A DNA stretch of 64,000 nt from Octopus bimaculoides (Eukaryota): the NCBI RefSeq assembly GCF_001194135.2, contig NC_068983.1:117182959-117246958 (forward strand), given 5' to 3'. The notes beneath the pieces are model-generated. The model was not told where the DNA came from and searched no databases. It was given only the letters and a program-made list of their open reading frames with translations. Every line of letters starts with the position of its first letter. Position 1 is the stretch's first letter. Positions 26,901 through 40,390 of the stretch are shown here, one piece after another. A program made the translations under genes and the position numbers.

Positions 26901-27419
26901 CCGAAAATTTGACAAATTGTTTAATCCAAAATGATAAACGATCCTCTTTCGGCAAGAAGCGAAAGGGAATGCGATCCAACTGAGTCAGACGGGAACCAGG
27001 GCAAGACATGACGATCAGGTGGTAGCAAAAAAAGGTAGTAGAAGTGTTATTTGCGGAACTAATATTTCTTCGCGGAAACTACCGTATATTCGCGGAATCG
27101 TAAATATCGTCCGCAATTTTTTATGGCTTTTTTGTGGCAATATATATATTTCACACTTTTTAAGGCTAAATAATTAATAATAACGTACAGTATTTGGCGG
27201 ATTGCTGGACACCCCTTTGCAGCTGAAGCTTCAGTACACTGTATCTTGTATCTTTTATTCCTGCTTTCAATCAAAACTTGCCTATTAGTATAGCGACAGC
27301 TATCTATATTTCACACATATACACGGTCTCTTCCTCTCTCGCTGTATTTGTCTCTCAACAACACCAACCTCTCATGGTAGTGAAAGTATATATATATACA
27401 TATACACACACACTTATAT

Positions 27420-27460
<41 letters not shown>

Positions 27461-28285
27461 NNNNNNNNNNNNNNNNNNNNNNNNNNNNNNNNNNNNNNNN
27501 NNNNNNNNNNNNNNNNNNNNNNNNNNNNNNNNNNNNNNNNNNNNNNNNNNNNNNNNNNNNNNNNNNNNNNNNNNNNNNNNNNNNNNNNNNNNNNNNNNNN
27601 NNNNNNNNNNNNNNNNNNNNNNNNNNNNNNNNNNNNNNNNNNNNNNNNNNNNNNNNNNNNNNNNNNNNNNNNNNNNNNNNNNNNNNNNNNNNNNNNNNNN
27701 NNNNNNNNNNNNNNNNNNNNNNNNNNNNNNNNNNNNNNNNNNNNNNNNNNNNNNNNNNNNNNNNNNNNNNNNNNNNNNNNNNNNNNNNNNNNNNNNNNNN
27801 NNNNNNNNNNNNNNNNNNNNNNNNNNNNNNNNNNNNNNNNNNNNNNNNNNNNNNNNNNNNNNNNNNNNNNNNNNNNNNNNNNNNNNNNNNNNNNNNNNNN
27901 NNNNNNNNNNNNNNNNNNNNNNNNNNNNNNNNNNNNNNNNNNNNNNNNNNNNNNNNNNNNNNNNNNNNNNNNNNNNNNNNNNNNNNNNNNNNNNNNNNNN
28001 NNNNNNNNNNNNNNNNNNNNNNNNNNNNNNNNNNNNNNNNNNNNNNNNNNNNNNNNNNNNNNNNNNNNNNNNNNNNNNNNNNNNNNNNNNNNNNNNNNNN
28101 NNNNNNNNNNNNNNNNNNNNNNNNNNNNNNNNNNNNNNNNNNNNNNNNNNNNNNNNNNNNNNNNNNNNNNNNNNNNNNNNNNNNNNNNNNNNNNNNNNNN
28201 NNNNNNNNNNNNNNNNNNTTTGTATATTTATATCTGAACGGAGAAGTTAGAAAAATAGGCATATCTGAAACATGAATGAATATGC

Positions 28286-28341
<56 letters not shown>

Positions 28342-28459
28342 GTGTATGTGTTCTTTTAGAGACAGAGAGAGTGACAAACATAAAAAATAGCGGTGCCATT
28401 TCTTTAGAGCTCTGTTGATGAATGTGGACAAAACTCCCACTCTTATCATTTTCTATTAT

Positions 28460-28570
28460 CTTTTCTTTCTTTTCACCTTTTACTTGTTTCAGTCATTATA
28501 TTGTGGCCATGCTGGGGCGCCGCCTTGAATAATTTTTAGTTTAACGTATTGACCCAAGAATGTTTTTTTT
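28460..28570 (-). mobile_element. SINE family B, 3' fragment
   Basis: ttttacttgtttcagtcatt...gtggccatgctggggcgccgcctt, same as 43890 and the reverse complement of about 29190. Confidence 0.7.
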
Positions 28571-29099
28571 CATATATTTTTGCTTGTGGGTGTCATTAGA
28601 CAGAGAGAAAGAGAGAGACAGACAGACAGAAAGTGACTGTGTTTAATTGTGCAGAACAGACCATCCTTGAATAAATAAATAAATAAACGAATAAATATAT
28701 ATGGTGTGCTGGTTGTCATTGTCTTGATCACTGACCTTTCTCGTCACAGGACAATTTCCGATCAAATAGAAAGACAGAAAGATAAATAGAGAAAGAGGGA
28801 ATGGAGAGCGAGAGAGAGGGAGAGATTGAAAGGTGTTGAATCTTTGAAAATGTTGGCACTTTAACTCTGTTCACACCATCATCATTATTATCATCAACAT
28901 AGTTAAAGTGTGAAAGTGGACAAAACGCACCACGCTTATAATTCAGATGGTGTCTCAATTATGTTTTGTTGGACCAACAGACAAACAAACAAGATCTCTC
29001 TTTTATATATATAGATATATATATGTATATACAGTATATCGCACTAGTATTACTTGGGTGAGCGATGACAGATCAAAGATATATACAACACGAGGGTGA

Positions 29100-29230
29100 A
29101 AGTTAATGGTGGTGTGTTTACGTCCCCGTAACTTAGCGGTTTGGCAAAACGACCACTAGAATAAGTACTAAGCTTCCAAAGAATAAATCCTGGGGTCGAT
29201 TTGCTCGACTAAAGGCAGTGCTCCAGCATG
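29100..29230 (+). mobile_element. SINE family B fragment
   Basis: ccccgtaacttagcggtttggcaaaa...gaataagtactaagctt...cctggggtcgatttgctcgactaaaggcagtgctccagcatggcc. Confidence 0.75.
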
Positions 29231-29309
29231 GCCACGGTTGTGAAGCGATGTTGGGAGAACATACACAGACACACAAACATATACACAAACGTACATATAT
29301 ATATACATA

Positions 29310-29468
29310 TATACGATGGGTTTCTTTCAGTTTCCGTCTACCAAATCCACTAACAAGGCTTTGGTCGGCCCGAGGCTAGAAGACATTTGCCCAAGGTGTC
29401 ACGCAGTGGGAATGAACCCGGAGCCATGTGGTTGGTAAGCAAGCTACTTACCACACAGCCACTCCTGT
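29310..29468 (-). mobile_element. tRNA-derived CORE-type SINE (family C)
   Basis: caggagtggctgtgtggtaag (A box), ccgggttcattccc (B box), accttgggcaaatgtctt (CORE-like), ends in a TA-rich tail. Confidence 0.85.
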
Positions 29469-29489
29469 ATGTATAAATATATTTTGTAG

Positions 29490-29834
29490 AATTAGATAAT
29501 ACCGCCTTTTCCTGATTAACTTGTTGATATCCTTCCAGCCTTATAATTTAACATCTAAGGAGGATAACTCTTTTACCTCTTTTTACATTTGATTTTTTAC
29601 ATTTCAGGTTTTGGGTTTTTGTTTTCTGCTTTTAACATTCTGCGTATTCTATATGCTGCCTTCTCAGTTTCTTCTCTTTCTTCTTTTATTCGATTCTTTT
29701 TAGTTCGTTATATGTGGTTTGTGCTTGATTAATATGTTTGAGATATTTCTCAACATATGAAACTATTAGTAGCACTTAAAGACATGTATTGGGTCCTTTA
29801 AATAAATAATATTAATCTCTCACCAGATGGAGTA

Positions 29835-29872
<38 letters not shown>

Positions 29873-29898
29873 CACACACACAAACACCCACACACCCA

Positions 29899-29957
<59 letters not shown>

Positions 29958-30700
29958 CAGAGGTTGTCTACATATTTCATTTTCTATAATTCATTCTTTC
30001 ATTTTATGTTTGTTTACATTTATTGCTCATCTATAAAGAATTTTATGGCATCACTAATATTCTAATTTTTCCTATTTCTTAATTCTTATCGTTTATTTTT
30101 TTATGTTTTACAATTATGCTTTTGAAACATTATACTTTTAAATTTTTATTCGTCTCTTAATTTTTAACTCATCTTCAATACTAGCGTATTTCCATAATTG
30201 GTATCTTGACACCAAACACTGGCATCGATCTTCAATAACTTTTCTATTTTTCCCTACTTCTTTCTCTCTATCTTTCATATTTTATTTATTATACTCTATC
30301 TAAATGGGAGTAAAACGGTGTTCTTCCACGGCCCACGGGCAGCTTTTTTGTTTGATCGTGTTTTCGACCCAGTGCTTGTGTATTCTTCTTTGAGGCTTTC
30401 TTTGTATACCGGAAGCTAGTCTAGGATGTAAGTCTCTCTCTCTCTAAGTATCTCGAAGATTTATACTACCATTTGACGCTAAAATGTTTTCATAGTTTTG
30501 TATTTCATTTTACAGCAATTTATTCTGAATGCTGCTAATCGTTATGCGGATTGAAGGAAGAGTTCTTGGAAGGGTTCTGGTTAGCTTCATTTCCACACCT
30601 CTCACTATATGTGTTTTATAGTCTATGTCTGTCGTACTTCCCCTACTATTGACAGCGCTAGTTTCCTTTACACATCACCATAATTAACGTTGCGTGTGTT
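29490..30700 (-). mobile_element. Degenerate R4/Dong-like LINE fragment
   Basis: gaaactgagaaggcagcatatagaatacgcagaatgttaaaagcagaaaac resembles 59238-59290 of the R4-like copy; boundaries uncertain. Confidence 0.4.
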
Positions 30701-30721
30701 CTAACAGTTTTTTTTTTCTGT

Positions 30722-30926
30722 AGTGGCTATCAAGTTGGGCAAAATGCTTAGCAGTATTTTCGTCCGTTTTTACTTTCTGAGTTCACATTTCACCGAGGTG
30801 GACTTTGTCTTGCATCCTTTTGGGTTCGATAAAATAAGTGCCAGTTGAGTACTGGGGTCGATGTAATAGATCTACGCCCCCCACAAATTCAGGCTTGTGC
30901 CTATAGTAGAAAAAATTGTTGTTGTT
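30722..30926 (+). mobile_element. SINE family A
   Basis: gcaaaatgcttagcagtatt...gagttcacatttcaccgaggtggactttg...ggcttgtgcctatagtagaaa. Confidence 0.85.
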
Positions 30927-32432
30927 GTTATTATTATTATTTTATGTTTGACTTTTGTTTTGCATTTGTACAAGTTGGATCCAAGTCTCACCCAGAGACC
31001 TCAAGAGACAACAAGTTAGAAGTTCATGTAGGTGTTATGCCTAGGGTACCATATATTTGGATTTGTACAGTTTTGATCAAGTGAATGTTTAAGAAACCAT
31101 AAGAAAATTATGTGTTTGCTTTAAAATTTGAGATCACATAGACAGTATTTTACGTAGGATATGGGCAGTTCCCATGAGCACTATCTTTTGAACTTCAGCC
31201 ATTTTGGGGTTTCCTGGAATCTGATCTAGGTAGTAATCAGNNNNNNNNNNNNNNNNNNNNNNNNNNNNNNNNNNNNNNNNNNNNNNNNNNNNNNNNNNNN
31301 NNNNNNNNNNNNNNNNNNNNNNNNNNNNNNNNNNNNNNNNNNNNNNNNNNNNNNNNNNNNNNNNNNNNNNNNNNNNNNNNNNNNNNNNNNNNNNNNNNNN
31401 NNNNNNNNNNNNNNNNNNNNNNNNNNNNNNNNNNNNNNNNNNNNNNNNNNNNNNNNNNNNNNNNNNNNNNNNNNNNNNNNNNNNNNNNNNNNNNNNNNNN
31501 NNNNNNNNNNNNNNNNNNNNNNNNNNNNNNNNNNNNNNNNNNNNNNNNNNNNNNNNNNNNNNNNNNNNNNNNNNNNNNNNNNNNNNNNNNNNNNNNNNNN
31601 NNNNNNNNNNNNNNNNNNNNNNNNNNNNNNNNNNNNNNNNNNNNNNNNNNNNNNNNNNNNNNNNNNNNNNNNNNNNNNNNNNNNNNNNNNNNNNNNNNNN
31701 NNNNNNNNNNNNNNNNNNNNNNNNNNNNNNNNNNNNNNNNNNNNNNNNNNNNNNNNNNNNNNNNNNNNNNNNNNNNNNNNNNNNNNNNNNNNNNNNNNNN
31801 NNNNNNNNNNNNNNNNNNNNNNNNNNNNNNNNNNNNNNNNNNNNNNNNNNNNNNNNNNNNNNNNNNNNNNNNNNNNNNNNNNNNNNNNNNNNNNNNNNNN
31901 NNNNNNNNNNNNNNNNNNNNNNNNNNNNNNNNNNNNNNNNNNNNNNNNNNNNNNNNNNNNNNNNNNNNNNNNNNNNNNNNNNNNNNNNNNNNNNNNNNNN
32001 NNNNNNNNNNNNNNNNNNNNNNNNNNNNNNNNNNNNNNNNNNNNNNNNNNNNNNNNNNNNNNNNNNNNNNNNNNNNNNNNNNNNNNNNNNNNNNNNNNNN
32101 NNNNNNNNNNNNNNNNNNNNNNNNNNNNNNNNNNNNNNNNNNNNNNNNNNNNNNNNNNNNNNNNNNNNNNNNNNNNNNNNNNNNNNNNNNNNNNNNNGTT
32201 CTATATCTGCCTTAGGGTGGTGCATTCTATGCATTGTCAACAGTTTTCGTATTTTTCTGTCAACATTACATATTTCAGTAATTGACCAGTTAACGATGTT
32301 GAAACTGTAAGTCACGACTGGTATGGCTAGAGCATTGATCGCTTCGATCCTGTTTCTCGCGTTCAGCTCTGTCTTCAGTATTGCTCTCACCCTGCGATAA
32401 CATTCTCTTCTGATCCGTTCCCTCATCACTGA
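30927..32432 (-). mobile_element. R4/Dong-clade LINE, 5'-truncated, 3' end intact; middle in N gap
   Basis: RRVRAILKTELNARNRIEAINALAIPVVTYSF...MHRMHHPKAD and QKIVLMGTAHILRKILSM*; 3' UTR ends in (TAA)n. Confidence 0.92.
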
Positions 32433-32460
32433 GTGCTTGATATTATTATTATTATTATTA

Positions 32461-32507
<47 letters not shown>

Positions 32508-32509
32508 TA

Positions 32510-35500
32510 TATCCTAATATTGGATATATGATATATAATATAACGAAGCAGGGGGAAGAAATTATATACACGACGCACTACTATTACTATTACGCAAGAT
32601 TCAATGCACTATATCAAGGGCTCACAGTGAACTACTACCAACACGAACTGCTAATCGTTCACTGTTCTTTAATTTATAACAATGAATCAGTCTACCTTTA
32701 ATCACTGGAGGGGGTAACAATCCGTCCACAACCTCTCCCCTTTTTTAGAATCAGTCTCCCTTATCTTCTCCCCTTTTGAGAATTGAACCCCGCGCCGAGT
32801 TTTGATATCTCTTACGTTCTGGTTTCAATTCCAGTGTGTCCGTTCTTTTCCGTTTTCTGGTGCTATGACATGTAATTTCAAATTGTTTGTGTTGGTAGCT
32901 CAAACGTGTCGTACAATACTTCCATAAGGATTTCGACTGTTTTTTTTTTTCTGTGAATCTTTTTTATTAGTTGGTTAATGTATTTTGTGCTCGATATTTT
33001 TTCCTTTTACCATAAATACTACTCTTCCAGTTTGTTTTATGATTACACTGTCCTTCTAGCTTTCTTTACCATATCTATAGGTTTTAAAAATCTTTGTCAC
33101 CTAACTTGAAGAATTTTGAAGTATTTTTGTTGTTGTTCGCTTTTTATTTTCTTTATTTTCGCTCGGTGTCAGCTTATCAAAAAGAGATCGACCTTTCTAG
33201 CAAACATCAATTCTGTTGGTGGCATCCCCGACGATATATTCACATTAGGTGTTACTCGGTACATTCTAAGAAATTGTTGAAGTGTAAAATCGTCCATCAC
33301 TTCATTGTTCACCTTTTTCAATGCCCTCTTGAAAGTGACCACAAAATGCTCCGCTTGTCCATTTGGCCTAGGATGATAGAGCGGAGCGGTGACATTTTGG
33401 ATGACGAACATTTTACAAAATTTTCTGAACTCGTCTGATGTGAATTGAGTTCCATTATCCGACTGCCATACCTGGCGAACAACTCGTGTAAAAAGCTTAT
33501 TGCAACCGCGAATGTCGGCTTTTTACATTTATGCACTTCCGGCCACTCTGAAAAACTATTTATTACGACAAAGTAATATCGTCCCTTGAGTAGATCTGCG
33601 TAATCAATATGCAGTTTGACCCACGGAACATCTGTGTTTGGCCACGGTTGCCACCTAGTAGTAGGTAATTTTGCAGCTAAGGCACACCCTCTGGATCATT
33701 TCACAGATTCTTCAATGTCACGGTCCATTGTTGGCCAATATACGTAACTTCTCATTAATGATTTCTGACACAAATTCCTTTAATAATCGTTTTTGTAGTG
33801 TGGTTGGCACTACGACTCTTTGTGCATACATCACATTGTCACACACTGAGAAATGGTTTGCATTTATGTTGCGCATATTTTTTTATCTCTTTTAGCCTTC
33901 AGCATTTCTTTCATTTTGATAATGAATATATATCGTTTTCCGATTTTGATTTTCTATCTTGTAAAATAACCGGCAGTTCGAGAGAGCCTCCTTCTCTATA
34001 CTTCTTTCCGCCGGTATTAGCGAACGTGAAGCATGAACTACTGGCTTCATAATTCCATCTTTGTACTTGTGCAGCAATACTGCTCCTATTCCATAATCAG
34101 AAGCATCTGAAGCTATGTCAGTGATCATTTCGGGAACGAAATGCACTAGTGACAAATCAGAAATTAGTATTTTTGTTTATCTCTTCTAACGCATTTTGAC
34201 ACTTTACCGACCAATTCCATTTTACTTATTTTTTCAGTAAAACGTTTAATGGAGTTCTCAGTTTATGCAGCTTAGGAATGTAATCTTGATAGTAATTTCC
34301 TAGCTCAAGGAAAGCTTGTAATGTCGCAATGTTATGTGGGAGAGACATATCTTTAATTACATCTGCCCTCGACTTGTCAGAACGTCTTCCATTTTTATCA
34401 ATAATTTGCCCAAAGTATTTGATTTTGGCAAAAAGAATTCACCTTTCTCATAACTCAGAGTGAACTCGTAGTCTCTTATTTTTCCAGACACTGCTTTTAT
34501 ATACTCAGCATGCTGATCACGCGGATTAATTTTGATCAATATTTCATCCAGGTATGTAATTGCGAATTGACATTCCGCGAACATCGCATCCATAATCTGT
34601 TGAAATATTGCAGGTGCGACCTTCAGACCAAAAGGCAATCTATTATATTTGTACACTCTTCTGTGTGTATATACTGTTAAATGATTTGAGAAATCCTCAT
34701 CAATCCTTATCTGCAGATACGTCTCAGAGCAATTCAATTTCGATAATATTTTGCCAACATTGAATTTTGCAAAAATATCCTCTGAAGCAGGAAGTGGATA
34801 GAGGCATGTCTTTAAACCGTCATAGAAAAATCGCCACAAGCCTAATTTTGTTATTTTTTTATACACACATTTAGAGTAATCCACTTTTTTAATGATTCCA
34901 CATTTTTCCAGTAGTTTTCTGTTGGATTTGAATACTGGCACAGTGTTTTCCTTTAATTGAAAACACGTTTCAGTCATTTTATATAGACCTAACTTACCTG
35001 AGAGTATTTGAGAAAACATCTTTTTAAATTTTTTCTTCTATTTCTCAGACGGCTTATTTTTAGAGGGACAACCAATTATGTTCTTACAGTAGTGACGTAT
35101 GGGAAGATCCCATAAGTCAAATAATTACCACCAGTTGGTAACGAACAGATTAGGTGCGTTCTTTACGACGAAAACTTTCGCTTTGCACGTTTTCCCTTAA
35201 AATGTAACATCATTCCACATTTCACCTACAAAGTGTAATTTGTCAACCGTTTCGTCACGTGCAGTTTTCATTGGTTTTCTTAACATAGATTTCCCTATTT
35301 TCTTCCACGTGTCGGTGTTAATGATTGAAATGTCAATACCAGTACCCAGTTGTAATTTAATATTTACTCCATTTACTTTTACATGTACAAATTTCCTTAT
35401 TTGGGAGTCGATTTAACTTTCTGCTGAGAGCACTTCAGAATTTCTTACATTTGACCTCCGTACTTTTGTTCTGCAGTGTGAACTCTTGTGCCCAAATGTT

Positions 35501-36610
35501 TTACAACTGTAACAGTTTTGGTTTTTATAAGGACAATCTTTTCTGAAATGTAGGCTTCCACATCCGCAACATGCATTAGGACCTAAAAATTTTCTTTGGT
35601 TATACTTTCTCGATCGAAATATCTATATTTCTGCGAAATCCTTTTCTTCAATTTTTCTTACTTCGTGTTTCAGGTTCAACATCCTCTGATACTCTTCTGC
35701 AATATTCTGCAGGGTTCAATTTTGGTTCTCTTAAAGTTTTGAAAGAATTCTTGCCCGTATTTCTGTATCTTCATTTTCTGTAAGGCCTGGTACAAAAATG
35801 AGGCACTTAAATATTTCAGGAGTAAGTTTAAAAGTTTCACACATTCTGGTGACTGTTCCTGCATGCGTAATAAAGTCATCATCCTCTTTTTTTTAGTTAA
35901 ATTCCAACACTCCTTTGGATTGTTAAATCGAGAAAAGTTTTATTAACGAACATGTTAGACAATAATTTGATTGTTTCCTGAAAATAAATTTTACTAGACG
36001 TTTTCGACAATAAGAAATTACAGTATCGTTCATGCTCAGACGGAGCTAATTTACATAATTGTCTTTGTCCTCTGAGTTATAACTTAATTCTTTTATAGAA
36101 TTCGATATGCCGTCTGGCAAAAAAGAACTTACCGCATTTTCGGACTTCTTTGCGTATAGCTCCAATAATTGTTGTTGTTGTTGCTGCTGTTCTAGTTGCT
36201 TCTGCAATTCCTGTTGCTGTTGTTGTTCCTTTTCCAACTGTATTATAGAAGTTAGTTCGTCTTCCATCGTATAACAAATTTTATCACGAACAAATTGTTA
36301 AGTAACCTACTTGAGCGTCGAAACCATCGTCGCCAGATGTTGTATCTTCCGTCTCCAATATCATGGTACCATCACGATATTGTGGCGGATGGTTCGATAC
36401 ACTGTACCGGTGTTGTAACAATAAACAGGATAACGATGCAGCCGCAATAACAACGTTACCATCCAACAACCTCATCACGAAACCAACTAACCAGCTGCCA
36501 CCTTAGGGCTTCACTGTGAACTAAACTCGAACTAACCCAAACTTCACTCCGACCTCCACTGTTCATAATCGCTCGGTCTAGTTTATTTCTCGCAAGGGGG
36601 CATCGCAACA
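32510..36610 (-). mobile_element. Gypsy LTR retrotransposon (Mag/K02A2.6-like), near full length, decayed
   Basis: gag knuckles CCGCGSLHFRKDC...CYSCKTFGHKSSHC about 35475-35575; protease LGTG; RT YNRLPFGLKVAPAIFQ...YLDE; RNase H ASDASDYGIGAVL; integrase HPRPNGQAEHFV; polypurine tract aaaaaaggggagag at 32733-32746. Confidence 0.92.
36338..36610 (-). repeat. 5' LTR of the Gypsy element
   Basis: TGTTG...CAACA termini; PBS-like TGGCGACGA at 36335-36327 directly inside. Confidence 0.8.
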
Positions 36611-36644
36611 ATACTGTATAAATATATACATACATACATTTATA

Positions 36645-36689
<45 letters not shown>

Positions 36690-36691
<2 letters not shown>

Positions 36692-36830
36692 CGCTTCTCT
36701 CAGTTTTCGTCTACCAAACTATCAAATCCACAAGTCCAATCAGTAGACTTAAGTTGGTCCCCAGATGCCCCGCAGTGTGACATAACCCGAAAGCATGGAG
36801 GTGGAAAGAATACTTCTTACCAGAAATCCA
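36690..36830 (-). mobile_element. Degenerate family C SINE
   Basis: cagttttcgtctaccaaa...atgccccgcagtgtgacataacccgaaagcatg is similar to 29320-29460. Confidence 0.6.
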
Positions 36831-37441
36831 CGTATGTATGTGAGTATATGAGTGAGTGAGTGTGTGTGTATGTGTGTGTGTGCGTACGTGTATGTGTGTA
36901 TGTGTGCGCGTGTGTGTTTGTCTATGTATGTATGTATGTACGTATGTATGTATGTATGTATGTATGTGGATTACTCGTGTGTATGCATGTATTCCGGGAT
37001 TTGAGGATTCTCGTTCGATAATAGCGATAAGGATTGTTGGGTTATTGATTCGCTGACACTCTTAAATGGCAATCAGATAAAAGACAAATGATTTAGATGA
37101 TTACAAATATACATTGTATAGAGGGTTTAACCTCTGCTAGGAATGAATGAATCATGTTACTAAACATTAATTGGATTTTCAGAATTTGAATGTGCGCACA
37201 GGTTACTTGGCTTTTCATGTCAATTCTTCATAACAAGAGACAAAAATGGAACATATCGTGTGTGTGTGTGTGTGTGTGTAAGTGATTAAATGTGTGAACT
37301 TGCATGAATATGAACTCGCACTCACTAATAGTTGGGCTGAAAGAGATAAGCACACTATGATGATTATACTAAGAAACAAAAATCGTAGTAACAAATACAC
37401 GTTGCTTTCCTCCATATTTTATCAAATAATATCTATAGATG

Positions 37442-37665
37442 TCAAGATGGTTAGCTAGTAGAAACGTTAGCACGCCGGGCAAAATACTTAGCGGTATTTC
37501 GTCTGTCTTTACGTTCTTAGTTCAAATTCCGCCGAGGTAGATTTTACCTTTCATCCTTTCGGGATCGATTAATCAAGTATCAGTTGCGTACTAGGGTCGA
37601 TCTAATCGACTGGCGGTCTCCTCCAAAACTTAGGGCCTTGTGCCTCAAGTAGAAAATAATATTTA
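37442..37665 (+). mobile_element. SINE family A, full length
   Basis: gaaacgttagcacgccgggcaaaatacttagcgg...gttcaaattccgccgagg...ggccttgtgcctcaagtagaaa. Confidence 0.92.
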
Positions 37666-38761
37666 TGGATGTCTTATTGTTGGTGTCGGCGCGTATACCT
37701 ATGTTTCTGTAAATCATTTTGCATACATATGTGTATTGGTACGTATATAAATCAATAATCACACTGAGTGCCTTCATAGTCTGGTTCGTATTAAATAAAA
37801 TTCGATGCATATCATCTAAATATCATTTACAAAAATATTCATAGAAAAATCCAAGAATTTAAGAATAAAAGAACGTGAATAGTGAGGGAGAATAACCTTT
37901 CAGAATATATTGTCACATCAGTTGTTTGTTTTATATCTAGAGCCCTCTCAACCTGCTAAAGTTAGCAGCTAAATTTATTCAAAGCACATATTTGCATAAT
38001 AGGGTCCGTAACACAATTAAAGAAGTATTATGAGCTTAGTCAGCTTCGAGCTTGGCTACGTGAATTCCTTGGGCTTATGCTACCGAGAGAGCAAGGTTAT
38101 GTTCAATGAGATGGCAAACAGCAGCTGAAATGGATATGGATTCGTTATTATAATGGAGCACAGTATGATATATTATTTACCAGTATCACACACACACACA
38201 CACATATAGAGGAGAGAGAGGGGGAAATATTGATATATGGATACGTGATGATGCGGGCAATTCTGTGCGTTTGTGTGTTTGTATTATGTCATATTGTTAT
38301 ATTTATGAAATGAAAATCGTGGCTACTATAACAAGATGACTTGCCACTGTTTCAGAAACAATGTTTCAATCTGTCGGACTCTACTAATGAATTTGAATTA
38401 CAGATCTACAATTAACAATAGTAGAGTTAATAATGATAGAATGTTTAATAATGTGTTATTACTGAAAATGCTGATGTTGTGGTCGTTGTCTTTTCTTCGG
38501 CATGTATAAAACTCTGTAGACACACAGTTAATGCTAGATTTTATGACGACAGAAGCCAGTACTTCATGGACTGTAACATCAATGACATCAATATAACTAG
38601 TAGCAAGCAGAAATAGAAATAATCTTTGACTACAGCAGCGAGGATGCTTATGCGAGAACGTGTGTTCGTAAGTGTGAGGCGTTTCATTAACTTTGTGCGT
38701 TGGAAAGAGAGACCGAGAGAGTGTGTATATGTGAAAGAATGAGAGAGAGATTTAGAGATTT

Positions 38762-38835
<74 letters not shown>

Positions 38836-39006
38836 AGATAGGGGAATATACGGAGATTAGCAGAAATACAAAGGGATATGTGATATATAATATATGCGTG
38901 TTGAACAAACGCTATCAGTATCATACAAGCACATAAGTATACAGTAATGAAACTACACACCTGGTGTTGGTGATTTATTTTTCTTCTTTGGACATTTCCC
39001 TTTCTC

Positions 39007-39042
39007 CTTTCCGATGAAGAGCTATGCTCGAAACATCAAAAG
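39007..39042 (+). ncRNA. Degenerate minimal type I hammerhead ribozyme motif in a probable Penelope pseudo-LTR
   Basis: CCGATGA-A-GAGC tat GCTC-GAAAC-ATC: perfect 4-bp stem II; core differs from CUGAUGA by one base. Confidence 0.45.
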
Positions 39043-39297
39043 CTCTCTCTACTTACTGAGCATCAAAACTAATACATTCATTGTGCACGTCACCTTGTTC
39101 TTCGTAGTTGTCGATTTTATTGTTCGTTTATTTGATTANNNNNNNNNNNNNNNNNNNNNNNNNNNNNNNNNNNNNNNNNNNNNNNNNNNNNNNNNNNNNN
39201 NNNNNNNNNNNNNNNNNNNNNNNNNNNNNNNNNNNNNNACATACGTACATACATACATACATACATACATACGTACATACATATATATGTTGTTTCT

Positions 39298-40155
39298 GGT
39301 GAAGTAGCAAATTAGACGTTGCCGCTCTTCATTGTGCCCCTTGCCGCGATGTGGGTTCATCCAGTATGCAGATAAAAATTGTCTATATGTTTTTGGAAGA
39401 CTTCCATGTCTTCACCTCGTAGATCCCTGATGTTCTGTGGTAGGGCATTAAAAGGTTGTGGTTCGGGGAGTGTTGTAGATTACAATTACTGAAATTGGAG
39501 CTAGACCCTCCATTATGTTCCATATGTATAACACTGCATATCTCTCACGTCTTCTCTGCAGGGAATAGTGTCCCAGTTCCTTCAACCTCTCCCAGTAGCC
39601 CATGTGCTTTACGGAGTCTATCTTCTTTGCGTAGTGGCGTTGGATCGCCTCTAGTTCCGCAATTATTTTTACGCTCTCCGGTGACCACAGTTGGGAGCAA
39701 TAGCCCAGACGACTGAGGAAAAAAGTTCCCTAAAGCAGAAGCATTGTGTCTCTGTTCCTGATCCTGAAGGATCTAAGGATCCAACCTGCCACCCGACTGC
39801 ATAGTGTTGCCATCTGAGCAATTTGCACATGGAACGTTGCGTCATTGCTCTATCTCTGAGGTTGCATTGCCTGCTAGTACCCTGGGATTACATTGCCTGC
39901 TGGTACCCTGGGATTACATTGCCTGCTGGTACCCTGTACCAGTTGTAGTTTGCCTTGGCCAGTTAGCGGAGTGTTTGAAATTTTACGACATTGAACTGCA
40001 TACTATTCTCATCTGCCCATTTATATATTGTGTCCAGGTTATTCTGTAGTCTTAGGCTATTAGTAGGGTCCTTGACTGCCTGCGATACTTTAGTATCATC
40101 GGCGTAGCTGGTGAGTTTGGCTAACTCTATCGCTGAGGGCATGTCCGAGAGAGCA
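39298..40155 (-). mobile_element. CR1-type LINE, 3' portion, 5'-truncated
   Basis: LTSYADDTK, LDTIYKWADENSMQFN, SRLGYCSQLWSP, LEAIQRHYAKKI...YWERLKELGHYSLQRRRERY. Confidence 0.93.
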
Positions 40156-40390
40156 ACTACAAACAGTAGTGGTGCCAGTATATAATAATAATAATAATAA
40201 TTATTATTATTAGATCTGGTGTTACAGCGAACACTATCAACACCGTAATATATATTATTATAATTATTACCGTTGATGATATGCGAATTACTACCAATAT
40301 TGCAACAATTTTTTTATGACTAGTTGTACTATTAAAATCATAGTTACCACCACCACCACCACCACCACCATTTTTCTTTTCCTGTCTATT

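Noticed and set aside
29400-29468. tRNA-like sequence with A and B boxes
   Set aside because: It is a SINE head: no complete cloverleaf and it continues into a SINE body
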